Source: an uncultured bacterium (lineage in GTDB: Bacteria > Planctomycetota > UBA1135 > GCA-002686595). Taken from it: a stretch of 64,000 nucleotides of DNA. Where the stretch lies: NCBI GenBank assembly GCA_943787795.1, contig CALSNU010000001.1, positions 320,001-384,000 on the forward strand, written 5' to 3'. Shown here one piece after another: positions 40,182 to 48,304 of the stretch (the first letter of the stretch is position 1; every line of letters starts with the position of its first letter). Below the pieces are notes generated by a model. That model saw only the letters and a list, made by a program, of their open reading frames with translations. It had not been told where the DNA came from and did no database searches. Position numbers and translations under genes: made by a program.

Positions 40182-42062
40182 ATGCTCGCGCTCCTCTCGG
40201 CTCCCACCCTCCTCGGGTTCCCCGCCTTCCTGGGACTCCCCGCTCCTTTCGAGGCCGGGCACCCAGCGGCGAGCCCAGCAGCCTGCGCTTCGCAGGACGG
40301 GACCTCGATCCGGGCGGTGGTGACGTCTCCGGGGGGAGGCGCCGGCCTCGCGGCGAGCCTCAGGGCCGCCGGACTGGAGGTGCTGGGACGGTCGCCGCTG
40401 GATCGCGGAGGGGTGGAGGTCATCGTGACCCCCACGGAGCGTCGCTGGCTCGGGCTGCGCGGGCTCGATCTCGAGGTGCTGGAAGTGGGCCGCCCCTTTG
40501 CGGAGGTCATGGCCGAGCGGGCGGCGGCTGACGGAGTCCCCTCCGGCTACCTCGACTATCCCGCCGTCGTGGCAGAGCTCGCGGCCCTGGCGGCGAGTCA
40601 ACCTCAGCTCGCCGAGCTGGTGGACATCACGGCGCGCTATGGAACTCCTGCCACGGAAGAGGGGCGCCACCTCTACGCGCTGAAGATCTCGGACAACGTG
40701 GCGTCGGATGAGGATGAGCCCGCGTTCCTCCTCGTCTCGGCCCACCACGCCCGCGAGCTCGTCACCCCGGTCATCGCCCTTGACGCTGCAGCCAGGCTCC
40801 TCAGTGGCTATGGCACCGACCCCGAGGTGCGCGACGCGGTGGACGGCCATGAGATCTGGATCGCTCCGGTCTGGAATCCAGACGGCTACCAGCACGTCTT
40901 CACGGCGGACAACCTCTGGCGGAAGAACCGCCGACCCTTCTCCAGCGGGACGGGGGTCGACCTCAACCGCAACTATCCCGCGGGCTGGGCGTCGGGTTGC
41001 TCGGGCAGCACGAGTCCAGGGTCGGGCACCTTCAAGGGCCCCGCCGCGGCGTCGGAGGCCGAGACAGCGACGATGCTGGCGTGGACCGCAGACCGGCGCT
41101 TCGCGAAGGTGCTCGACCTCCACTCCCGGGGGAGGGAGACGCTCTGGGGATACGCCTGTCCGTCCTCGCCGGTGGACAGCCTGTGGCGATCCAAGGCGAT
41201 CGAACTGAGCCAGGCGGCGGGCTACGGCGCCACCGAGCGGCCTCCCAGCGCGGACGGTGAGCACTTCCAATGGCAGTTCGCGGCGCACGGCGCCATGTCG
41301 CTCCTGACAGAGACCCATGACCAGTTCCAGCCGTCGTACGCCTCGGCGGTCGCCGAGGCCGCGGCGGTCTGGGGCGGAGTGCTCTGGTTCCTCGGCGAGC
41401 CGCTGCCGCTCACGGGGCAGATCACAGACGCCTGCTCGGGCCATCCCCTGGAGGCGACCCTCACGGTTCAGGGGCTCGGATTCACCGAGGGCGAGGTGAT
41501 CCGCTCCTCGGCCGCGGCAGGCCGCTTCCACGGCTTCCTGCCGAGTGGGACTCACTCGTGCCTTGTCGAGGCGCCGGGCTTTCTCCCGGCCACCGTCTCG
41601 GTCCAGGTCCCCTCGATGGGGGGGGCGACGCTGGACGTTCAGTTGGACCCGGTGGGCGGGGGAGCTGTGAACTTCTGTCCGGCCACCCCGAACAGCCTCG
41701 GGCAGGTCCCGCTGCACTATCTCTCGGGGAGCGCCAGCGTCGGGCAGAATCAGTTCACGCTGTTCGTCGAGCGGCTCCCCGGGCTCCAGCCCCTGGTCTT
41801 CATGGCGGGGCAGAGCTTCATCCAGGCACCCTGCTTCAATGGTGTCCTGTGTCTCGGGCGCCCGAGCTATCCCCTCTCCCTTGGCGTTGCCGACATCTTC
41901 GGTACCGCCTCGGTGGTGGTGGACCTCTCCGCGCCGATCCACGCTCAGGTGATGTTCCTCGCGGGCTCCACATGGGGCTTCCAGGTCGCGTACCGCGACC
42001 CTCAGGCCGGCGGTGTTGGGCTCAACCTCAGCCCTGCGCTGCAGGTCCAGATCTGCCCCTGA
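40182..42062 (+). CDS. M14 zinc carboxypeptidase with conserved C-terminal domain
   Basis: HARE zinc motif, NPDG, WRKNR, GVDLNRNY, DLHS; carboxypeptidase-regulatory-like domain; shared C-terminal domain. Confidence 0.92.
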   Translation: MLALLSAPTLLGFPAFLGLPAPFEAGHPAASPAACASQDGTSIRAVVTSPGGGAGLAASLRAAGLEVLGRSPLDRGGVEVIVTPTERRWLGLRGLDLEVLEVGRPFAEVMAERAAADGVPSGYLDYPAVVAELAALAASQPQLAELVDITARYGTPATEEGRHLYALKISDNVASDEDEPAFLLVSAHHARELVTPVIALDAAARLLSGYGTDPEVRDAVDGHEIWIAPVWNPDGYQHVFTADNLWRKNRRPFSSGTGVDLNRNYPAGWASGCSGSTSPGSGTFKGPAAASEAETATMLAWTADRRFAKVLDLHSRGRETLWGYACPSSPVDSLWRSKAIELSQAAGYGATERPPSADGEHFQWQFAAHGAMSLLTETHDQFQPSYASAVAEAAAVWGGVLWFLGEPLPLTGQITDACSGHPLEATLTVQGLGFTEGEVIRSSAAAGRFHGFLPSGTHSCLVEAPGFLPATVSVQVPSMGGATLDVQLDPVGGGAVNFCPATPNSLGQVPLHYLSGSASVGQNQFTLFVERLPGLQPLVFMAGQSFIQAPCFNGVLCLGRPSYPLSLGVADIFGTASVVVDLSAPIHAQVMFLAGSTWGFQVAYRDPQAGGVGLNLSPALQVQICP

Positions 42063-42095
42063 ACGCCCAGGGGCCGGGGCCCCCAACGGGGCCCC

Positions 42096-42169
42096 GTTGG
42101 GGGCTCTGTTGGGGGCTCTGTTGAGGCCCCTGTGGAGGCTCTGCCGGAACTCTGCCGGAACTCTGCCGG
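42096..42169. repeat. Compound tandem repeat (12-bp GTTGGGGGCTCT then 11-bp CTCTGCCGGAA)
   Basis: Read directly; intergenic after the carboxypeptidase. Confidence 0.8.
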
Positions 42170-42496
42170 GGAGGCGCCGATGGGGGGCAGCCCCCCAGCC
42201 ACTCCCCCGAACAGAGGCCAATTAGGTGTTCCGCGGCCTCCGCCCGCCGGGCGCTGGGGAGGGCCTCAGGTGAGGCGAGAGCACCACTGGGGGGGGTAAA
42301 GCCCCGGTCGCCGGCAGGATTGTAGAGAACTGGTATGGTCGATCTGTGCCGCAGAATAAGACGTCCTTGCGTCCTGCGATGAAGCGGCCCGACGCTCCCG
42401 TCACGGCTCCAGCCAGTTCGGGGGCGACGCTGAGCGCACCCTGAATGCGTTCAACCTCGTCGCTGTTTGTTCCTTCCTTGAACCACTTTCCTTCCC

Positions 42497-44809
42497 ATGA
42501 CTTTCCGAATCCTCTTGTCTACGGCCACGGCCATGGCTCTTGTCGCCAGCGCCGGAGCGCAGGTGAATCAGTACGTCGGGCCCTCGGCGAATGCACCGTC
42601 GGGCAACCTCGACTTCGACACCCCCCCCGTTCCGTCCGGGCCGATCTCTGGCACCGACCCTGCGTTCACGAGCGCAGGCGTCACCTCAGTGACACAGATC
42701 GGTCTCGGGTGGGTTGCCGCTGGCGACACCACGTCCCCGGGCATCTCGAACAACGCTCTCCAGGGGCTCCTGTCCCAGAACGGCGTCATGTCGGTCGGCG
42801 GTGACACCGCCGGCACGCCCCTCGACAACCCCGGCGCCGGCGACGGCTGGGAGATCACGCTCGCCGCTCCGGTGCTGGAGTTCCAGTGCATCTTCACCGA
42901 CCAGGTGAACATGAACTACGACGTGGAGCTCCTCTCCGGCGGAGCCTCGATCGGCTTCGGGTCGTTCAACTACTCCGGTGGCTTCCCGAACCCGCCGCAC
43001 TTCTGGCGGGGCACCGGGGCCTTTGACACGATCCGCATCACCTTCCCCGGTGGGTCGGGCGGTGTCGGTATCGACGAGTGGTCCTGGAACAGCGGACCCG
43101 GCCCGCAGCCGCCGGCCAACGACGACTGCGCGAACGCGACGCCTGCAGCGGTGGGCTCGAACGCTTTCAACAACCTGTTCGCGACCGCGAGCACGGCCGG
43201 CTCGAGCTGCGGTGCTGATGCCGCGGACGTGTGGTTCTCCTTCACGGTTCCGAGCGCGGGCAACTACCGCTTCGAGACCTGCGGGTCCACGCTCGACACG
43301 GTCCTCGAGGTCTACTCGGGTGCCTGTGGATCGGCGACGTCGCTCGGCTGCAATGATGACGGCTGTGGCGCGCAGAGCCAGCTCGACCTCGTCGGACTGA
43401 GCGCCGGTGACAACCTCCTTATTCAGCTCGGCGGCTTCAACAACGCTCAGGGCGCGGGTTCCCTCGACATTTCGACATTCTCGGCCCTCGGGAACGATGA
43501 CTGCGGCGGGGCCACCCCGGTGGCCTTCGGCGGCAATCTGATCGACAACAACTTCGCGACGACGAGTGCCACGCTCTCCGGCTGTGGCGCCGACCAGTCC
43601 GACGTCTGGTACTCCTTCACGGTCGCGACGGCCGGGGACTACCGGTTCGAGACCTGCGGTTCGCTGTTTGACACCGTCATCGAGGTCTACACCGGGACCT
43701 GCGGCGCGCTTGTCTCCCAGGGGTGCAACGATGACGTCTGCGGCACGGGTAGCCGTGTGGACGTGCTCGGTTTGAACGCTGGCGAGGTCGTCCTTCTGCA
43801 GGTCGGCGGATTCGGTGGAGCCCAGGGCACGGGTACGCTCACGATCGGCAACCCGCCGCCCCCGCCCCCCGCCAACTGCGCGACGACGCTCTTCGCGTCG
43901 AACAACGGTGGTGCGATCGGCGGCGCCGTGTACTTCGACATGACGCTGACCCAGGCCTCGTCCTTCGCCGGCCTGCTCACCAACACGAGCGCGGCCTCCG
44001 GAACGCCGATTGGTGTGTCCGTCTACACCTGTGTCGGCTCCTCCGCGGGCCAGGAGACGAACCCCGGGGCCTGGACCCTGGTGGCAGAGGATGACGGTTC
44101 GCCGATCAGCTTGGGGGATGACGTCGAGACCCCGGTGACCTTCGTGGCACCGTTCTCGCTTCCCGCGGGCCTCACGGGCATCGCTGTCGTGGGTGACAAC
44201 TTCACCACCGGCCTTCAGATGGACCACGACTACACCAACGGCAACGGCGCGAACCAGAACTTCGTGAGCGCCGATGGCGTGGTGACCCTGGACCTCGGGA
44301 CGGCGTCGAACGTGCCGTTCACTGGCGGGGTCTTCAGTCCCCGGGTGTGGAACGGGCAGTTCTGCCACGGTGGCGCTGTGGCGCCGGGCTCGAACTACTG
44401 CACGGCGAACGTCAACTCGACGGGCGTCGCGGGATCCATGGGCGCGTCGGGCTCCAACATCGTGGGCAACAACGACCTCGTGCTGGAGGCGAACGACCTC
44501 CCGGTGAGCTCGTTCGGCTTCTTCCTGACCTCGATGACCCAGGGCTTCGTTGCGAACCCCGGGGGCAGCCAGGGCAACCTCTGCCTCGGCGGCGCCATCG
44601 GGCGCTACGTCGGGCCGGGCCAGATTCAGAACTCCGGTTCTGCTGGCTCGATCGTCCTCGCCATCGACAACACCCAGGTGCCGCAGCCCACGGGCCTCGT
44701 GGCCGTCGTCACGGGTGAGACCTGGAACTTCCAGGCCTGGCACCGGGACGCCGTCATGGGCTCGGCGACGAGCAACTTCACCGACGGGTACGAGATCACC
44801 TTCCAGTGA
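42497..44809 (+). CDS. Secreted Cys/Asp-rich surface protein with two tandem NDDC repeat domains and conserved C-terminal domain
   Basis: Signal peptide ending SAGA-Q; two ~125-aa repeats NDDC...DVW[FY]SFTV...YRFETCGS..DTV.EVY.G.CG...GCNDD.CG; C-terminal domain ending EITFQ. Confidence 0.88.
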   Translation: MTFRILLSTATAMALVASAGAQVNQYVGPSANAPSGNLDFDTPPVPSGPISGTDPAFTSAGVTSVTQIGLGWVAAGDTTSPGISNNALQGLLSQNGVMSVGGDTAGTPLDNPGAGDGWEITLAAPVLEFQCIFTDQVNMNYDVELLSGGASIGFGSFNYSGGFPNPPHFWRGTGAFDTIRITFPGGSGGVGIDEWSWNSGPGPQPPANDDCANATPAAVGSNAFNNLFATASTAGSSCGADAADVWFSFTVPSAGNYRFETCGSTLDTVLEVYSGACGSATSLGCNDDGCGAQSQLDLVGLSAGDNLLIQLGGFNNAQGAGSLDISTFSALGNDDCGGATPVAFGGNLIDNNFATTSATLSGCGADQSDVWYSFTVATAGDYRFETCGSLFDTVIEVYTGTCGALVSQGCNDDVCGTGSRVDVLGLNAGEVVLLQVGGFGGAQGTGTLTIGNPPPPPPANCATTLFASNNGGAIGGAVYFDMTLTQASSFAGLLTNTSAASGTPIGVSVYTCVGSSAGQETNPGAWTLVAEDDGSPISLGDDVETPVTFVAPFSLPAGLTGIAVVGDNFTTGLQMDHDYTNGNGANQNFVSADGVVTLDLGTASNVPFTGGVFSPRVWNGQFCHGGAVAPGSNYCTANVNSTGVAGSMGASGSNIVGNNDLVLEANDLPVSSFGFFLTSMTQGFVANPGGSQGNLCLGGAIGRYVGPGQIQNSGSAGSIVLAIDNTQVPQPTGLVAVVTGETWNFQAWHRDAVMGSATSNFTDGYEITFQ

Positions 44810-44924
44810 TCCCCGCCCCGGGCGCCTCGGCGCCTGATGCTCGCCCCCGCCCTATCCCCAGAGGATGGAGCGGGGGCGACCTTCGTTGGGGGCAGCTCGA
44901 GGGACCGGGAGAGGTCCAGCTGTA

Positions 44925-44984
44925 GCTGCTCTGGAGGGGGCTGCTCTGGAGGGCGTTGCCTCGGAAGGGGCTGCCCTGGAAGGC
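44925..44984. repeat. 15-bp degenerate tandem repeat x4 (GCTGCTCTGGAGGGG-like)
   Basis: Read directly; between convergent genes. Confidence 0.75.
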
Positions 44985-45089
44985 CCCGCGGCTCACTCGG
45001 TGGGAGGGGGCAACGCAGCGTCCCGAGGCGGCGTCCCGGCGCGGACTGTGTTCAGAACCGGGGTCTTGGGTTCATCGCGGTGCGCAGGC

Positions 45090-45761
45090 TCAGCGTTGGT
45101 CCTTGGGCGCTGGCGCTTCAAGCTCCGTGGCCGTGCTCGAGCGCGGCACGTCCGAGGGGGGAGGAGCCGTTCCCAGGAGCCGGTCGAGCAGCGGGTGGGT
45201 GACGCCGAACCAGTACCGCTCGTTCTTGAAGTGGTGCCAGAGGTGCTGGCGCTTCATGGATCGGCCCCAGGAGGTCCTCGGGCGATAGGGGACATGGGCG
45301 GCGAAGTGGGCGAGCTCGTAGGCCCCGAAGGCCAGACTGAAGCCCAACAGGGTGGGGAGCACCCCGGAGGGTCCCCCGATCGCGGCTCCCGCGGCGGCCG
45401 CCAGCAGGTGGAGGGCGAGCGCGCCCCACAGTGGCACCGTGAGGTTTGTGAAGTCCGTGGGGGCCTCGTGGTGCCGCCAGTGGAGGCGGTAGTGAAGGGC
45501 ACGCAGGCGGGCTCCCTTCGGCACCGGCATGTGCAGCAGCCAGCGGTGGAGGACGACCTCGAGAGTGAACCAGAGCAGCGCCCCGGCGCCGGCCATGGAG
45601 AGGAAATCCCACGGGGACAGGTCGATGACGGAGTCGGAGGCTCCTACGAGGGACGCCACGATCCCGATCAGGATGAGCGCCCACACCCTCACCTCCGGTA
45701 GGCGGGATGCTCTGGCGAGCAGCGTCGCCACGGTCCAACTTCCGGCGTGCTGCACGCTCAC
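45090..45761 (-). CDS. Fatty acid hydroxylase / sterol desaturase family protein
   Basis: His boxes HRWLLH, HWRHH, HFAAH, HLWHH and FGVT...DRLLGT. Confidence 0.9.
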   Translation of the reverse strand: MSVQHAGSWTVATLLARASRLPEVRVWALILIGIVASLVGASDSVIDLSPWDFLSMAGAGALLWFTLEVVLHRWLLHMPVPKGARLRALHYRLHWRHHEAPTDFTNLTVPLWGALALHLLAAAAGAAIGGPSGVLPTLLGFSLAFGAYELAHFAAHVPYRPRTSWGRSMKRQHLWHHFKNERYWFGVTHPLLDRLLGTAPPPSDVPRSSTATELEAPAPKDQR

Positions 45762-45876
45762 CGGCCTGGGGTCATGGACGCCACGCTCATCGAGTCAGCG
45801 GTCACGCCTCATTGGGTGGGAGAAGGCCATGTTCATGAGTCCAGTGCTCAAGGGGTCGGCGCCGCGTGCGGCCAAG

Positions 45877-46569
45877 TCACAGGTCGAGGCCGAAGTTGGT
45901 CCAGACGGCGTCGAAGTGCCGCTGGACCTCCGCCCTCGAGCCGAAGTAGACAGGGTAATCCGATACGAGGCGGTGGCCCGCGCACCCGTTCGTCCCCTCG
46001 TTGGAGAAGAGGTGATTCCAGGTGTTCACGTGGAGGACTGGGCGCCCATCCTCGAGGTCGAAGCGCTCCCAGGGGATGGTCGCCGAGAAGTGGCGGGCGA
46101 GGAGGACATTCCAGCGCTGGTCGCCGCTGTAGGTGCCTGGGAAGCGGATCGCCGCGGGAGCGTCCTGCCGGACGGGGTCGAGTTCGATCACCAGGGTCTC
46201 CACGTCAGCGATCCGGCGATAGCCCGAGCGGCCCCTTGAACGGCGGAGGAACGGAAACGTCCTGGACGGCTCCACGAGGCCGAACCAGCGCTGGGCGTCG
46301 TAGAGCTGGTCCACGCCAGGGATGGGGTGGTCCTCGTCCGCGGTCACCACGTGCAGCTCCGCCGCAGCCGAGCCCTTCAGATCCACGAAGACCGCGAGGA
46401 TCGGGCAGTCGTCGTCCGCCGTCGGGACCCGGAAGACGGGGAGCGGGAAGGGCAAGCTCCCGGTGTCGGCCCGGGCGCAGGACCGGGCAAAGTCCGGGCT
46501 GGGACAGCTCACCGGAGGTCCGAAGGCCAGGAAGGCGATCAGGAGAAGGGCGTGGTGGGGGAGGAGCAC
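45877..46569 (-). CDS. Hypothetical exported protein
   Basis: Hydrophobic N-terminus; motif-like segments DEDHP, RIADVE, NTWNHLF, GSRAEV; start uncertain. Confidence 0.6.
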   Translation of the reverse strand: MLLPHHALLLIAFLAFGPPVSCPSPDFARSCARADTGSLPFPLPVFRVPTADDDCPILAVFVDLKGSAAAELHVVTADEDHPIPGVDQLYDAQRWFGLVEPSRTFPFLRRSRGRSGYRRIADVETLVIELDPVRQDAPAAIRFPGTYSGDQRWNVLLARHFSATIPWERFDLEDGRPVLHVNTWNHLFSNEGTNGCAGHRLVSDYPVYFGSRAEVQRHFDAVWTNFGLDL

Positions 46570-46839
46570 GTTGAGGGAGCCTTGAGAGGTCAAGCTACCA
46601 ACCGGTGCTCTTGGCAGTGCGCTTCCTCCCAGGACGCCGCGCAATTCGAGGCTCCCCCTTCAGGTCCATCGCCAGGAGAGCCGAACCCTCAGGGGCCGGC
46701 CCAGGGCGGGTCCAGAATTGAGGCCCTCAGGGAATACACTCATGAAATTTGGGCGACCGCGACTTGCAAGCAGCGGTTCCGGGTATGCTCTAGGACCTCG
46801 CACCTTTCATTTCTGCCGCGAGTGTTCCCTTTCACTGCC

Positions 46840-47118
46840 ATGTCTTTGAAGTCTTCCTCGGCGCCCCGCAAGCGCCTTCAACGATCCGCTCTCATCATCG
46901 GTGGCGCGCTCCTGCTCGTCACCGCGGTCGAGGCTCAGTCCAGGCAGAACCTGTCACGCATGAACCTGCGCCAGGCGATGCTTCGGTTTCAGACCTCCAA
47001 CGCGACGGGCGGCAATGGCGGCTCCACGGGTGGAAACGGCGGTGTGATCACAGGTGGTCGCCCTCGGCCCCTCTCCCGCCAGATCGTGATCAACCCCGGC
47101 GTCGCCCCGCCGCCCTGA
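46840..47118 (+). CDS. Small secreted Gly/Pro-rich protein
   Basis: 92 aa: basic n-region, hydrophobic h-region, VEA-Q cleavage site, Gly-rich linker, ends PGVAPPP. Confidence 0.5.
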   Translation: MSLKSSSAPRKRLQRSALIIGGALLLVTAVEAQSRQNLSRMNLRQAMLRFQTSNATGGNGGSTGGNGGVITGGRPRPLSRQIVINPGVAPPP

Positions 47119-47259
47119 TCCAACCGAGCACCCGTCGGCCTGATGGCCAACGGCAAGGCCTCCACATTCAGGACCTTTCCCTTTCGGGGCGAGGTCCTGA
47201 AGCATAGTAGGCTGTACTGCGGACTCGCCACGATCGGACTTGCTGCCACACCCGCTCCG

Positions 47260-48069
47260 TTGAAGCCCCCCTCCAAGATCGCCGCCCTCTTCGGTGAGGA
47301 TCACGGAACAGTCGACGCGTTCGGCCTGACCCTCGTCGGGGGCCCGCTATCAGGCGACTCCCCGACGGCGTGTGCGATCAGCGCCGGCGGGGTCGGGATG
47401 CTGAGGAGAAAGGGAGCCTCCGCCGTGCTCAATGAGGACTGCGCGTTCGCCTTCGACGATGGGCGACGGGTGATCCACGCGATCGCCGATGGGCATCACG
47501 GGCATGAGGCCAGTCATCGGACGGTGGAGTTGCTGGCTGCCATGGTGGAAGGCTCGAAGGGGCTCATCACGCCCGAGGAGGCCCTCGCTCAGCTGCATGC
47601 GCTCTGGCTGGAGGCGGGCGGAGAGGCGGAGGCCGAGGGGGATGGGTCCCGTTGCACGTTGGCGATTCTCTCCATCGACCGTGGAGAGGGCGTCTTGGAG
47701 GGCGTCTGCCTCGGCGACTCAGGCATCTTCGTGGGCAACATGGAGGTCGGGATCCGTCGCGTGGTTCCACCGAATACCTTCTACATGGCCCCGTGGGATC
47801 GGGGGTCCCACGGCATTCCGCCAAGCACTCACTTCAAGGTCCCCGTCCGGAGCGGGGACTGGGTCCTGACCTGCTCGGATGGGATCCACGAGTGCAGGTA
47901 CGAGACGCCGGACGAGTCCATCGGGGCAGAGGAGCTCGAGTCGCTCATGATTCGTGCCGGGCGGAGCCCCGAGGCCCTCGTGGAGTCTGCGGTGATGCTG
48001 GCGCTCGCCGGCGTTCGCGGCCATCAGGGCGGCGAAGACAACCTGGCGCTGGTGGCCTCCATCGCCTGA
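47260..48069 (+). CDS. PP2C/PPM-family protein phosphatase
   Basis: NEDC, IADGHHG, LGDSG, CSDGI, GGEDN motifs; start uncertain (ORF open from 47143). Confidence 0.8.
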   Translation: MKPPSKIAALFGEDHGTVDAFGLTLVGGPLSGDSPTACAISAGGVGMLRRKGASAVLNEDCAFAFDDGRRVIHAIADGHHGHEASHRTVELLAAMVEGSKGLITPEEALAQLHALWLEAGGEAEAEGDGSRCTLAILSIDRGEGVLEGVCLGDSGIFVGNMEVGIRRVVPPNTFYMAPWDRGSHGIPPSTHFKVPVRSGDWVLTCSDGIHECRYETPDESIGAEELESLMIRAGRSPEALVESAVMLALAGVRGHQGGEDNLALVASIA

Positions 48070-48304
48070 TCGCCTCTGCTACTACGGCTCGGACGCGGGC
48101 GGGGACCGTGCCCACCTTCGATACGCTCCGACGAGCGGCGCGGGCGTCCACGGCGAGCGGCGCCCGGAGCTCCACAGCATGTTAGCTTTGAATCTGCCAC
48201 CGGGGATCTCATCCGCGCCCTTGAGTCCCGACCCGAAACACTGATGCCAGTTTGGCCACCGAAGGCCAACGCTCGACGCGCGTGCGACCGCACGACCCAC
48301 TGCC

